NCBI GenBank assembly: GCA_973895155.1
Contig: OZ316899.1
Location: forward strand, 9,112,287-9,176,286
Direction of reading: 5' to 3'
Origin: Marsupella aquatica
Taxonomy: Eukaryota; Plantae; Marchantiophyta
DNA length: 64,000 bases
Shown: piece by piece, positions 12,601 to 25,051 of the stretch
Numbering within the stretch: the first letter of the stretch is position 1
Layout: the number at the start of each line of letters is the position of its first letter
Translations under genes and position numbers: made by a program
The notes under the pieces: generated by a model
Database searches by the model: none
What the model saw: only the letters and a program-made list of their open reading frames with translations
What the model was told of the DNA's origin: nothing

Positions 12601-13261
12601 TTAAAAATTATGAATTACAAAAGTAGACGTTTGGGGAGTGCCTGGCGCTAGCAATGGAAGAGAAGAATTTAATACATTTTATTATCAATGTAACGTAAAC
12701 CTATCATAAACGGGATAAAAAATACATGTATTGTGATAACAGCGTCAGGCATTGGTAAAAGCTAAGCAGTAAATATGCATAATTATTGGACGATTATGAT
12801 TCGGAGCTCTGTGATTTGTCGGTCAAGATTGCTTTGTCATCTACATACTTGCTCCTACAAACGTCATCTACATTAATAAGGATTTATGACAAACTTTTTG
12901 TCAACTCCTCTCCGTAGCCGGAGACCTTTGTTTTCCCAACAAAGAGTCCTCTGATTATCCTCCTTTCTTGCAGCGTTCTCAGCATAAGAGGGCAAAACAA
13001 ATGGTTTCTTGGGTGTACCAATTTCAAAACAAGCTACTTTTCTTCTGAGTTGGAAGCACTTTCTGGTATTCCATTTGGACCTGGTTGAGAACACAAGTCC
13101 ATCCACCGATTGTATGAATGAATAACACAAACGCATGAAGGAGCTAGAAAGGAGAAAGAAGCTTACAAGTTTTAGAACATTACTCAGAAGAGTCATCGCT
13201 GTCACTCTGGCCAGCGGATTGTTCCTGACCCTTCCCTGAGTTGTCCCACCCTCATCTTTGT

Positions 13262-13921
13262 CTACTGTCCCACCACTTGACTCATTGTCAGAGTCAAAAT
13301 TAAGTATAGACCGGAGCTTTCCCTCCTTTTCTTTTCGGGTGGTTGAATTGGGGGAGGCAAAGTTTTGATTTCCTTTGGAGAGAATAGATCTAAGAACACC
13401 TTGGAACCAGTTTCAACAAAATCTTTCCTATTCTCCACTCCAATTACAAACCTCCCAGAATAGTCTCCGGCTACAAAAGAGCTACCCGACCCCACTGTCC
13501 AATCCATGAAAATATCCCTAGGCCAAGTGATGAGCTCTATCACAGATTGCATGAATCCAACCGACAAACGGGCATTCCCAGCAAATTCCATCTCAGGTGT
13601 TGGATCGATTTTGAGAGAGGAAGTCCAATTAAATTAGTTATGGAGGAACCTTTGGTGATAGAGAGAGGTCTAAACCTCGAGTCTTTTGGTACCTTCCCTT
13701 TCTCAGACACTCGACAAAAGACGTCCAGCCTGAGCATGAAGATCTGCAATATAAACCAAGAATGATATGTCATTGGATGCATTCATACACATTCTTGAAA
13801 CTCAAAACTAGATGTCACGATTTGAAATTTACCTGTTGGTCAATCTTTGGCACGTACATTGGAATTGACATGACAACATTGTGTGTCAAGATGCAATGAA
13901 ACTTCTTTGATTCCTGACAAG
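13262..13921 (-). pseudogene. Beta-class N6-adenine/N4-cytosine DNA methyltransferase-like gene, 3' part
   Basis: FMQSVIELITWPRDIFMDWTVGSGSSFVAGDYSGRFVIGVE resembles the SAM-binding motif X/I-II block (T.pGD.VlDpF.GSGt...a...gR..iGiE). There is a putative GT-AG intron at about 13744-13833, and frameshifts. Confidence 0.65.
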
Positions 13922-16900
13922 TGTGATGCCTAGCCAGGAATCATTAAGCCAGTTTAAATAGTAAAATCAGGAGTGTACCCTAGGAAACACCTTAGTATAG
14001 TAACAAAAATAGGGAAATATAAACAATTAAGGGTGACTATGGAACCCGAGCCGAGGCCGAAAGTAAGGACGCCGGGGGAGGGAACACAATTAGGGTTAGG
14101 GTGCGCTAAGTATCGGCGGCTATGGGTAACCAACGGGAAGGAAGACCAGCCAAGGGGGGGGGGTAAGGACCAAGCGCAAGGAATGGCGGCTCATTTGCAA
14201 ACACGAGCCAAGCGGACGACCACGGGAGGCCAACTACTGTCCGCTGCTCAGGCAAGCACTCGGCGTGGAAGTAGATACCGACAATCAACTCAAGAAGGGT
14301 ATGAGGAACGTCAATCAAGCTGCTCATTTTTGGGGATGCCTGTTAGAACGAGCAACTGAGTACATTGGGACCTACGAGGACGAAGAATCAGAGAGAGTGG
14401 CTCGAGAACGGCAAGAGCTTGCTCGGCTATGGGAGCTACAGAAGTCTGCTTTCTTAGGAGGAGAACTCATTACGGCTGAATTCTTGTGGACGCCTACTGC
14501 CGACAAACTGGACGATCTTCTGTTTTGTGAGAACAGAATAGTCGGCATCCGGGAGGCCATCAACCGCGCAACAACATACACTGGGAGTTGAAGGGTAGCA
14601 CGGAGGGGTGGACGAAGGCAACCGTGCTAGGAGAAACATCCACGGCAGCCGCTATGAAGAGGAAAGGGAACAACAACAAAGAAGCCACCCCTGCGAAAAG
14701 AACGAGGTCGGCGGCACCCAAGAAACCAGTAGAGTAGGGAAGCAGGAGGCAGGCAGAAGCCAAAGAGGAGGAGGTCGACCCCATCAATGCCGTTCCAACA
14801 AGAGATGACACCTGGAAAGGCTGGGCGGCGACCCTCCCCGAGGAGGTGCAATTACACTTTGCAGGGGAGGAGGATGCATGCTTTACGGCTATGCAGACTC
14901 AAAAATACCAAGGTTTCATGGTCGGATCCGGCTTGGAAGCCTTTGTAAAGTTACCATGGCTAAAGCCGGAGGTGTTGGATTCAGACTTACTAGAATTCGT
15001 GGGATCATGGGAGCCCGAGACCAATTCCACAAGGGTGTATGGGAAGGATTTCTATCTCACTCCCCGGGTGATTGCCGAAGTTTTTGGCTTGCCAATGGGC
15101 AATAAGACCAAAGTAGATACCAGGAAGACCTTGCTAGACAGGGAGTTCCGGTTGTTTCCAGGGCCATCAACAAAGAATGGCTTCTTCCGAAACACCTGCA
15201 TCAACCCGCACATAGGAGGAATGATTGATTTCTTGCGGGTAACCATGCATTGTAACTTGCCGAGGGCACAAGTCTATCTGGCGAAGAGGCTAGACCCAAG
15301 CCAAGACTACAATAGGTACCTCCTCACCCAACTAAAGAAGATCTTGAAGGAGGAACAGCTGGTGATCGGCATGGGAAGCGTTCCCGGCTTGGTTATCATA
15401 TGCCGCTGTTGTGCCGGTATGCCCGAAGTCAGATATTTACCCCAGATACTGCCCCTGCAGGCAAGAGCACCAGAGGAGGTTCCGGAACCGAGGCCGGCAA
15501 TAGAGAAACCGACCCAGCCCAATAGTCCTACAATCGAGCAGGTGTTTAGGCCGAGGAAGGAGGACTTGCCGATGTAGCAACCAGGCATGCAGAATCTGCT
15601 GAAATTGCTGGAGAAGGAAAGGAGAACGAAACGGCAATGGGACCGGTACAGAATACTGCTGTCGAAGTCGGCCTTAGCCAACTTACCAGGGAAAACCCCT
15701 TTATCGGGGTCAAGGAGAGAAGGAGGCCGGAACACGAGCCGGGAGTCCGAATGTATGTAGGAGCTTCAAGTCCCGAAGCCGAGGAAAAGCAGCCCAAAGC
15801 TCCTAGTCGCGACAGGGAGAAGATGAGATCAACGTGGAAGCCGGAGGAACAAGGACCCATGATCTGTGAGGCCGTGTTCACGGCAAGACCAGGACAGCAA
15901 CGGGGGGAGCCGGGAGTCCAAGCCGAGGAGGAGGCGATAGAAGGCTACGACAATGATGACTCCGGCTACGGGTTGGACCATCATGTTCCAGGAATAAGGA
16001 CCTGTGGCAGGTTCATCCCCACTCTTTCAAGAGTAGTTCAAGGGGACCCGACCCAGCAGAGCAGCCCCGAGTCTCCCCCACCAGATGTCGCTCCCCCGAG
16101 CTTTGACGACATAAAATAGACGGCACAAGAGTTTCAAGAACGACTCAGGGAGGAAGAAGAGGCAGCCCTGGCTAGGGAGAAGGATTTACCAGGAGGAGAA
16201 TGGCCAAAGGACATCAGGCGGCTTGCAAAAAAACGAAGCAGCCCGCGAGCCACAATAGAAGAAATTTGCAAGGCGGCTTGGGAACAAAGGCTGCGATGGA
16301 TGATGCCGATGACTTCTACTCACTCCACCTATGCTAAAGAATGAGCCATGGAGTACGGGGAGATGTGTGGGGAACTTGCGCTTGACATCTTTGGGGAGGA
16401 GTTGGAGCAAGGACCTTTTTTCCAGAGGGAAATGTTGGAGAAGCGCCAATTAGAAGGAGCGGTGGCTTTGGAGAGAAGCGAGAAGGACGAGGTCATTCGT
16501 TGGCTTAGGGTAAGGGAAGCCAAGGTAGAATACCTAAAGGCGGCCAAGAAAGCCCAAGATGAGTTGCGGATTAAGCGGCATGAGCTCAACATCATGCAGG
16601 GGCAATTGGATACCGGGCAGTCTGATAATCAGATTATCAAGGATAAAGTGACTCGGATCAAAGGTGAGCTGGCCGATTCGATCAAGAAAAAGGAGAAGTG
16701 GAAGCGAGAGCTGAGAGACGCAGAGGAGGCCCACATAGCAGCCAACAATCGGGCCATGGCGGAAACTCAGAGAAGGGAAAGGGCGCTGAAGGGGGAACTC
16801 GAGGATATCCGTGGAGCCCTTGAGCAGAAGGAGGCCGAGTTAGGGAAATCCTATCAGGCGATTATCGTGCTGCGGCAGGAGCTCGCATCCATGACGGCCA

Positions 16901-17183
16901 ACTTCAAGGCCGACCTCCGCGAGAAAGACAACCAGCTCGACCAGACTTATGCCAAGATGAATAAAATGGAGTCTGAGGTCGTTACAGAGCTTGACAAGGA
17001 GCTGAGAGCAACCCAGGAGGAGAGAGCTACCTTAAAGGAGGAATTGGAGGAAGCCCAGAAGGAGCGGGAGGAGGAACGCAAGGACCTGGATGAATTGCAA
17101 GAGGAGTTGGAAGAAAGCACGCGGAAGATGGAGAACTCACAGCGGCGAGCCAACAACCAAACGAAGCGGTTGAAGAAACAGGC

Positions 17184-17778
17184 TATCGTGCGCATACATA
17201 TCGCTACACAACATACATCGCTTGTCACATACATCCAGACATAGTCACACTGCCACATCACAAACACAAGAGAATGGAATACAAGTGGAACTCATGTCCA
17301 CACATGTCCAAAACCCACAATAATCTCCACACAATCGGCACCACGATCCCGGTCAACAATACCGCACCGATCCGATCACACACGTATGTCAAGCCAACGC
17401 ACCTTGCACTACTCAAGGAAATCCACGTTACACAAGCGGAGCTCACAGCCACCATAGCCACTCAAGCTCCTCTCTCTCCAAGGCTCAACATTGAAAGATG
17501 ATCTTTCAATGCCTCACAAGTGAGAAGTACCCTCTCACACAAACCTGACGGAACCTTATTGGCTCATATAACACACATACCAAACATACGGATCTAGATA
17601 GTATGATATACTCTAACACTACCTAGAATGGTGTGACAGCTGTCGTGCGCATACATATCGCTACACAACATACATCGCTTGTCACATACATCCAGACATA
17701 GTCACACTGCCACATCACAAACACAAGAGAATGGAATACAAGTGGAACTCATGTCCACACATGTCCAAAACTCACAAT
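17184..17778 (-). repeat. 3' terminal repeat block a-GC-b-a (sense orientation) with palindromic junction GACAGCTGTC
   Basis: The 138-bp a repeat occurs twice. The 317-bp b repeat matches 26561-26876. The junction is at 17635-17644 and a polypurine tract (minus AGGGGGGCG) is at 17779-17787. Confidence 0.92.
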
Positions 17779-17951
17779 CGCCCCCCTAGCTGGGAGTAAG
17801 GTCCCCTAACTCTAGCTAGCCATGAGTTCTATAAGGTTGATATACACCTTTTTAGGTGTGAAGATCAGGAGGCCGGGTGCAAGTGAGCCCCATCGATCAC
17901 CTACCTGCAATCCATATCTGCCAAGAGAACACAAATGATAACTAGTCGGCT

Positions 17952-19265
17952 TCACCGACACTGAGGACACAACCATGATCCACTAGGAATCACCTGCAAT
18001 GGTGGTGTCAAACATGACATGTGCCATCCTCTAGAACACTTATCACAAATCAACATAGTAGTTGCTCCCTGAGCAGATCCACACAACATACATTTCAAGC
18101 CAGCACGAACATGTGCCAAGCTTGGATCTACTGTACCATCAATGTTGGGAAGGTGACATGGTGCACAGTTGCGCACATGATCCTTCCAAACCATACCATC
18201 GCGTCCCTCCAACATCAGGACACCAGAAGGCAACACTTCACGCACACGTAAGATTGTCCGGCCTGCGGTCACATCAAGTGTCGTGGGTGCTGTCTGTTGC
18301 AAATAAATATAATCACCAGGATGAAATCGCCAAATGCTTGCACGGTAACCTCCTCCATGAATAGTGGCATACCTCAAAGTATCACGATGTTGGGCAATGG
18401 CAAGGTTGTCGAAAGCCATGGGCATCACTCGCTGAAATACCCGTGCTCTCTCTGAACACACCTTGATCCAAACATCAGGATCATCCAAGTTCACAACTGA
18501 TGCAGCATCACAACGAATAGCTGCTGGCAAATCTGGCTCTCTACCATAGAGCAAAAAGTAAGGTGAGAAGGATGCAAGTGATGCTTGCCGACTAAAACGG
18601 TAGCCCATAGCTAACCAAGATAGCTGGAGATCCCAATCTCCCAGATGACCAACCTGCAAGCCATACTTACGTAATCCTCTCTTCACAGTTTGCACAACTC
18701 TCTCAGCTAATCCATCTGCCTCAGGATGATCATGAGAGGTAGTACGATGATCAATCAGAGCTTGTTCACAAAAACTCTCAAACTCTCCACGAAACTCAGT
18801 TCCCTGATCAGTCAACACCTCAGCTGGTGCTCCAAAATGACTGAGTACACGATCCAAAAATGTAGCAGCAACTTCTCCACTGGCTTTATCTGGCAACGCC
18901 ACTAGCTCAATCCACTTGGAGAAGTGCTCCACCATGACCAAAACATACCGATTATGACGTTGGGTAAGAGGTAATGGACCAGCAAAATCCAAACTCCAAC
19001 GATATCTCAAACCCATGATCGGCAACGGGTGCAACTGGGGAGTGGGAGCATTAAATGATGCTCTCACTCTATCACATACCACACACTTAGCTATCAACTG
19101 CTGGACATGAGTGTGCATACCATGCCACCAATACTGTGTCTGCAGCAAGCTGTAAGTGCGCTTTACACCAAAGTGACCCAACTTCTCGTGCGCATGTCGC
19201 ACCAAATGTACTCTCTGTGATGGTTTTGGGACCACCAACACTCTACCATCATGCAATACTCTCAA
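17952..19265 (-). CDS. DDE integrase with C-terminal PHD finger
   Basis: HHCC (HEKLGHFG..CVVC), SLDFAGP, LTDQGTEF and AERVVQ, followed by the C4HC3 finger CMLC..ICDKCSRGWHMSC..WLCPQC. Confidence 0.93.
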   Translation of the reverse strand: MRVLHDGRVLVVPKPSQRVHLVRHAHEKLGHFGVKRTYSLLQTQYWWHGMHTHVQQLIAKCVVCDRVRASFNAPTPQLHPLPIMGLRYRWSLDFAGPLPLTQRHNRYVLVMVEHFSKWIELVALPDKASGEVAATFLDRVLSHFGAPAEVLTDQGTEFRGEFESFCEQALIDHRTTSHDHPEADGLAERVVQTVKRGLRKYGLQVGHLGDWDLQLSWLAMGYRFSRQASLASFSPYFLLYGREPDLPAAIRCDAASVVNLDDPDVWIKVCSERARVFQRVMPMAFDNLAIAQHRDTLRYATIHGGGYRASIWRFHPGDYIYLQQTAPTTLDVTAGRTILRVREVLPSGVLMLEGRDGMVWKDHVRNCAPCHLPNIDGTVDPSLAHVRAGLKCMLCGSAQGATTMLICDKCSRGWHMSCLTPPLQVIPSGSWLCPQCR

Positions 19266-19329
19266 AAGATGGTTTCCCTCCCATCGAAACCTCTTGGCTC
19301 TCTATAGAACCCTGTCACGTTCCTTGGCA

Positions 19330-21030
19330 TCAACACTGGCAACAATAGAACCACTGCGCAGATATTCCAACACTCACATCATTGTGAATATCTTGCTGTC
19401 CAGTAGTTACCTCACTAACATCCACATCTGAAGACTCATCATCCACTCCATCCAATGAGGTAGAGTCCACAGATCCACTGTATGCTGACACCCAACAAAG
19501 AAAGGCAGATGCATGCCATCCTGGCACCATCTCCTTATCTGACTCATCATGCCATCTGGTTCCAGTCTCATCTTGCTGACTGGTACATGGATTGCGGCTT
19601 AATCCATCTGCATCCAAGTTCACTTTTCCAGGCCTATGCACCACCTGGAAATCATACTCCTGTAACAACAATGCCCATCGTGCAAGTTTCCCTGTAAGCT
19701 TGTCAGACTCCATTAACCACTTAAGAGGCTGATGATCAGTGATCAAGGTGAAGGGATTACCAAACAAGTAGCAACAAAAGTGTGCAACAGCCCACACTGC
19801 TGCCAAACACTCTCCCTCATAAGAGCTATACTTAGCCTCTGCTGAATTGTTTGATCTACTGGCATAAGCCACAACAAACTCATTCCCCTCATCATCCTTT
19901 TGAGTCAGCACTGCTCCAAGTCCTACTCCACTCCAATCAGTGTGTAGCTGAAATGGTCTGCCTGAAATGGGTCTTCTCAAAATAGGGGATGATGCCAACC
20001 TTTGCTTCAACTCCTGAAAGGCATGCTCCTGGTCATTACCCCAAATCCATTCCTGATCCAACTTAGTGAGTATGGTCAAAGGTTTAGCAAGCTGGCTAAA
20101 TCGTTTAACATACCTCCTGTAGTAGCTCGCCAATCCCAAGAATGCACGAACTCTACTCACATCAGTAGGACAAGGAATCTGTGTAATGGCCTCCACTTTA
20201 GTCTGTTGTACACCCAATCCCCTTGGGTATATAGTGTGGCCCAAATACTCAATCTGGTCTTGGAAGAACTTACACTTGCCAGGATGGAGCTTCAACCCAT
20301 GTGCTCTCAATCTCTCCAACACAATCTGCAAGTGCTGTTGATGTTCTTCCACAGTAGAAGAATAGACCAAAATATCATCAATACAACATCTGACAAAATC
20401 CAAACCTGCAAGGATTCGATCCATGACTCTCTGGAACTCAGCTGGTGCATTCTTCAACCCAAATGGTAAGAATAACCACTGATACAAACGATCTTTGCCA
20501 TAAGAATCAATCCCCCAGAATGCTGTCTTGGACCTGTCAGCATGCCTAATTGGAAGCTGATGGTACCCTGCCCTCAGATCCAATGAACTGAAAACCTTTG
20601 CATGCCCCACAGCATCAAAGATCTCCTCAGGTGTGGGCATCGCATATCGATCAAATTTTGTCTGGCGATTAATAGGTCTGTAATCACCACACATGCGCCT
20701 ATCTGTGTAATTGCCATGCACATCCTTCTTGGCTGGCATCACTGTGGCAGATGCATACTCCCCATATGAAATCTCCACCAATCCAGCCTCCAACAAATCT
20801 TGAGTTTTGCTTTGAATCAGAGCTCTCTCCATGTCACTATAATGGTATGGTCTACGAAAGATTGGCGCATCACTAGCCAATTCAATCTGAATACCAGGGC
20901 CCTTCAGTGTCCCCAAATCCTTCATGCTGAATGCAAAACAATTCCAATAACTCTTCAGGAATCGATGCATGCGACGTCTCTCCTCCCCTGTTAACTTAGG
21001 GCCAAACTGTGGTTCCCAACTCTCCACCAA
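19330..21030 (-). CDS. Reverse transcriptase and RNase H
   Basis: LDLRAGYHQL, LPFGLKNAPAEFQ and CIDD (YIDD mutated); RNase H motifs LHTDWS, EGECLAAVWAV and TDHQPLKWL. Confidence 0.95.
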   Translation of the reverse strand: MVESWEPQFGPKLTGEERRRMHRFLKSYWNCFAFSMKDLGTLKGPGIQIELASDAPIFRRPYHYSDMERALIQSKTQDLLEAGLVEISYGEYASATVMPAKKDVHGNYTDRRMCGDYRPINRQTKFDRYAMPTPEEIFDAVGHAKVFSSLDLRAGYHQLPIRHADRSKTAFWGIDSYGKDRLYQWLFLPFGLKNAPAEFQRVMDRILAGLDFVRCCIDDILVYSSTVEEHQQHLQIVLERLRAHGLKLHPGKCKFFQDQIEYLGHTIYPRGLGVQQTKVEAITQIPCPTDVSRVRAFLGLASYYRRYVKRFSQLAKPLTILTKLDQEWIWGNDQEHAFQELKQRLASSPILRRPISGRPFQLHTDWSGVGLGAVLTQKDDEGNEFVVAYASRSNNSAEAKYSSYEGECLAAVWAVAHFCCYLFGNPFTLITDHQPLKWLMESDKLTGKLARWALLLQEYDFQVVHRPGKVNLDADGLSRNPCTSQQDETGTRWHDESDKEMVPGWHASAFLCWVSAYSGSVDSTSLDGVDDESSDVDVSEVTTGQQDIHNDVSVGISAQWFYCCQC

Positions 21031-21249
21031 ATCCCTAATATCTCTTTGTAGGGTAGAAGAGATAGCCGATGATTGCTATTTAGCAGTAGATTGAGCAGTC
21101 CCTTCCTGCTCAACAATCTGTCCAGCCTTGGCCAATCCTGCCATAGGTCCATGGACTGTCTGCTCGCCCCCAACTGTGGTCAATATTGCCTCAATGGACC
21201 GCAAGCTCACCAAGGGACAATTAGTAATTCCAGCAGAGCGCATCCGCAA

Positions 21250-22240
21250 CTATTCAGCTACTCCCAAGCTGATAATCCAAGTCAAACAATTCAGGTCCAT
21301 TGCTTGACCAAGAACCTGGCGCCGCAAACCCTCTGACACAGAGGCAACTGCAGTGGTGCCAGTAAAAAATCCCATAGCACGCTCTCTCTCATCAGCAGTA
21401 GGCTCCACTAATTGCTGGAGAGCTGTGTCCCACACAAGTCCAGGGCCACCTGCTCTGAATGCATATGAAGTAGAGTGGCTTACAAGAGTGGGTAATGCAC
21501 AACATGGGTGCCCAACTGCATTGACCATTGCCAATGGAGGTCTATCAGGTTGGGTCACACCCTGTGCCCGACGCCCTGGATCCAAAATATCATCCACCAC
21601 TAAGGCTGGTGAGCGTGGAATGCTGTCAAATGCGCGCTTCAGCACCTCACATGGGATCAAATTAGTCCACCACAAGCGTGGATGATGTGCACAAGAACCC
21701 ACACGTGCAACATCCAATAACATAGCAAGTCCAATCCAAGACCTCACCTGGTGAACACTGGCAACAATCCGACTACGATCATCACCTAACAATGGCACAT
21801 TCTCCAAAATGTATGCTGGAGACTGTGTCTGATGTAGCTGGAGATGACGCAGCACCCGTAACATCTCTCAAAACAATGCAGAGCGTGGATCATGAAGTCC
21901 ATGCCCAATGCCCTAGATTGGCCCTGACATGGCCAACCAGCAATCACCAAATCAATGGGGCCAACACGATGTAGATGATCCGCCCCCAACAATGAAATAT
22001 CAACAAGTAGTGCATGCTGATAACCATGAACAGCATCCACTGGCAGCAACTGTGGATATCTATCCACCAACATAGCCACATGTCGCAATGAGACCCTCCG
22101 TGCTGTCTCATCTGTCTCCACATACAAATAACGACGCACAAGAATTCCTGCCTGAAGAACAGCAGCCAATCCAGTACTAATCCCACCAAAAAGATCCAAC
22201 AAACAAATACCCTCCGGTGGATACTGCCAAGCAATAGGAG
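21250..22240 (-). pseudogene. C5-cytosine DNA methyltransferase domain (DNMT3/DRM-like) within pol, one frameshift
   Basis: Motifs in canonical order: I LLDLFGG, II YLYVETD, IV IDLVIAGWPCQG, VI YILENVP, VIII RLWWTN, IX ERERAMGF, X LGQAMDLN. Confidence 0.92.
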
Positions 22241-22569
22241 TGGTATCCAATGGTGAAAGAGTCACAAGTCCATCTGCAAGAGACTGCTCTGCTCCTGGCT
22301 GTGGTGTAAAAGCATGACGCCATGCATCATGTACTAATCGTGCTGCTGCCTGTGCAGTGCCCCACACTGGTGGCACAACACTGCCAACAGGTAATCCTCG
22401 CATGATGTGCTCCTCATGAGACTCCTCCAATGGTGGAACATCGGCTGCATGCGCATTACCCTCAATCAAATCATCAGGTCCAGCAATTACACCACTGAAT
22501 GCTGCCAAAGACAATGGTGTGGATTTAGGGCCTCCCACAGGTCCACTAAATCTCACTGGCAATTTGCTC

Positions 22570-23000
22570 AATCGAGCATCTCCGGACTGCCAATCAAGTC
22601 TATATGACACTAATTCCTCCCAAAAATCAAGAATAAATCCCATGGGGTAGAGCACTGTACATCCCACCAACACATCATATGACTCTGCCTTAGTCAGAAT
22701 AGCTCACGCCTGTATCTGTGAGCTATCTGTGGTATGACCTTCCTGAATCCTCAAATCAAGTGGTCTCCTGGTGATATGTTGTGTAGGTGTAGGTCCCCCC
22801 AATGAAGTCTGAATGGGAAAGGGACAATCCTCCAAATCCTTTGGACGCAATCCCAACCCACGTATGGCAGACTTCCCCAACATCAAGGGTTGAGCACCAG
22901 TATCCAGTAACACTCTCTCTGGCTGGTATACTGCTCCAGAAGACCCAACTAATCGGAAGATGCCACTCCGATTATCCAATGACACAACACTAGGTTTAAA
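22570..23000 (-). pseudogene. Aspartic protease of the split-repeat element
   Basis: RVLLDTGAQPLMLG and the downstream LVG..VLYPMGF.LDFW. Confidence 0.8.
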
Positions 23001-23351
23001 CCTAGTCCTCTCAAATGTAGGGTGTGCTGGTAAATCCACCAACCTTGCTGCTGCTGCATGCCATGTCTCACTAGTAGCAGTAGGTGGTATGGTCTTCATT
23101 GCTTCAACACTGCAAGCTGCTTCTGCATGGGAAGCAACAACTGGAGTGTCCTCATAGAGTGTAGCTGCCAATCTGAACACTTTTGCAGGACCAACTCCCA
23201 AGTTCAGCATGTCTATCGCTGAAAATAATGGGGTGCGTACTATGGCAGTAGCCACCCCCAGCAGGGTACTTGTCATCCCTACTGTATCACTACCGGATTC
23301 TGCCAACTTACCCACGCCAGGGTTTGTCCGAACCGGGTTCATAGAGGCAGT

Positions 23352-25051
23352 CTAAACTGTCTCTAACAATGTAAAAGACTGAGGAAGCTTTGTCTGCCAA
23401 CGTGCATCCCCCCTCTGTGGATCTAGCTCCACTACTGCTCCTCGGGGCTCAAGAGCTTTGGCTGTCCCACGTGTCAAAGCTGCTGATGCATCAATATGTG
23501 CAGTGCTACACATGAATCCCATGGTGGCAAGATCTCCATCAGCTCCATAAGATGTGGAAGGACCATGGGATGTGGAAGGTCCATAGGATGTAGATGCCCC
23601 ATCACCAGAAGTAGGTCTCACCTGGGAACTAGCCATAGCAGCTAGCTGTTGCTCCAATTGAGCAATCTTAGCATCCTTTGGATCTATGGTTACAGTAGGG
23701 GCAGCGTCACCTCCCTGTCTCCCTGCATGTGGCATGCCACGACCACGTCCACCACCTCTACCTCCTCCTCCTCTTCCCTGATCATGTGTACGGGATCCTC
23801 CCCTTCGTAACTCAGGGTGGAGTGAGAAACACCTATCCTTGGTGTGTCCAGGAGCTCCACAGTGATCACACTGTCGCTAATCAGGTGCTGATGCTCCCCC
23901 TGATCCTCTATGATCTGGGCAATATCTCTGTGCATGATCCCCACCACAGGTCCAACATCCTGACTGCTGTCCAGCATAAGAGGGCACAGGTCTCTGGCTG
24001 GTAGACTCTCGTGCAGTAGGCTTCTCCCTCTGGCTCTTCTGTGCAATAGGTTGTGGTGTAGATGTAGATGCAGCCTTTGGTGCTTCCTTGGCAAATCCAG
24101 AAGTCACCACCTTCTCATTCACCATATTGAGCTCAATGCGCTCAAAAAGGGTGAAACAACTGCTAATGTGGGATTTGCATCCCTAAGCAGAGTGACATCT
24201 CTCACTCTGCGTCGCAATTATCTGTCCAGAATTGCATACCAAAACTGGACTGCTTGAGCCTCTGTTACTCCCTTGGTGACAATGATCAATCTGCGCATAT
24301 GAGTGTATGCCTCACGTAGACTCTCTCCAGTCTTGCGCTGGAACTCCTGGAGACCCTTCAACTTATCAGTTCTCACACCCTGATAGTTCTGCTTCAGTAC
24401 CTCAAAGAATTCCACCACAGGATTAAATGCTGGCGCAACTCCAGTTCCTGTCACAATCACACCGGCAGGAGTAGCGGTGGATGCTGCTGGAGTGCTGCTG
24501 GTGGATGGTGTGCCACTCTGGCTAGTGCTGCTAGAAGAGGCAGCAACTGTGGCAATGGGTTGGGTAGCCGCACTAGTGCCATAGGTGATGGATACGTAAT
24601 TAGGTGACCAATGCTGCCTCCATGCCTCAATCTCAACCAAATGAGCCTTTCAAAACTCATGGTAGTCATCCATGGGTGGCCCTTCCAAATGCTGAAATAA
24701 TCCCTTCCATGCCATGAAAGGGGTAAACAACATGGCGTTACGCAATGTCTGCATATCGCACCACGTATCAAACTCCTGGATGAAGTCATCCAGATCAATT
24801 GTGCCAACTGCACCAGAGTATCGTCGTGGGCCCTTTGTAGCCCCGTACATCTCGTCCATATCCCACAACAAAGGTGCAACCACCTGATGACGAGGAGAAC
24901 TGGTCACTGAGTCCTCGTCGGAATCATTGTCTAAAGCTGCACTGCTGACTGCTACCAATGCCGCTGGCCGAAACTGTGCCCCACTCCGAGTGAAACCGGT
25001 CCGTCGTCCATCGGGTAATCCAACAGCACCAGAAGAATCTGTGGTGACCAA
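23352..25051 (-). pseudogene. gag: gag with two CCHC zinc knuckles, frameshifted
   Basis: YSGAVGTIDLDDFIQEFDTW, FQRKTGESLREAY, CWTCGGDHAQRYC and CDHCGAPGHTKDRC. Confidence 0.8.

Noticed and set aside
9675-13205. Short ORFs (9782-10018, 10674-10880, 12010-12354, 12873-13205) as genes
   Set aside because: No recognisable motifs. They may be decayed exons of the MTase-bearing element but cannot be supported.
16348-17244. Host myosin/SMC-like gene
   Set aside because: Generic coiled coil inside a TSD-bounded repeat present three times in the window.
18000-24900. Apparent CpG depletion as a sign of self-methylation by the encoded DNMT
   Set aside because: Not quantified, and the DNMT-less element at 46.5-50.9 kb looks at least as depleted, so host methylation suffices.
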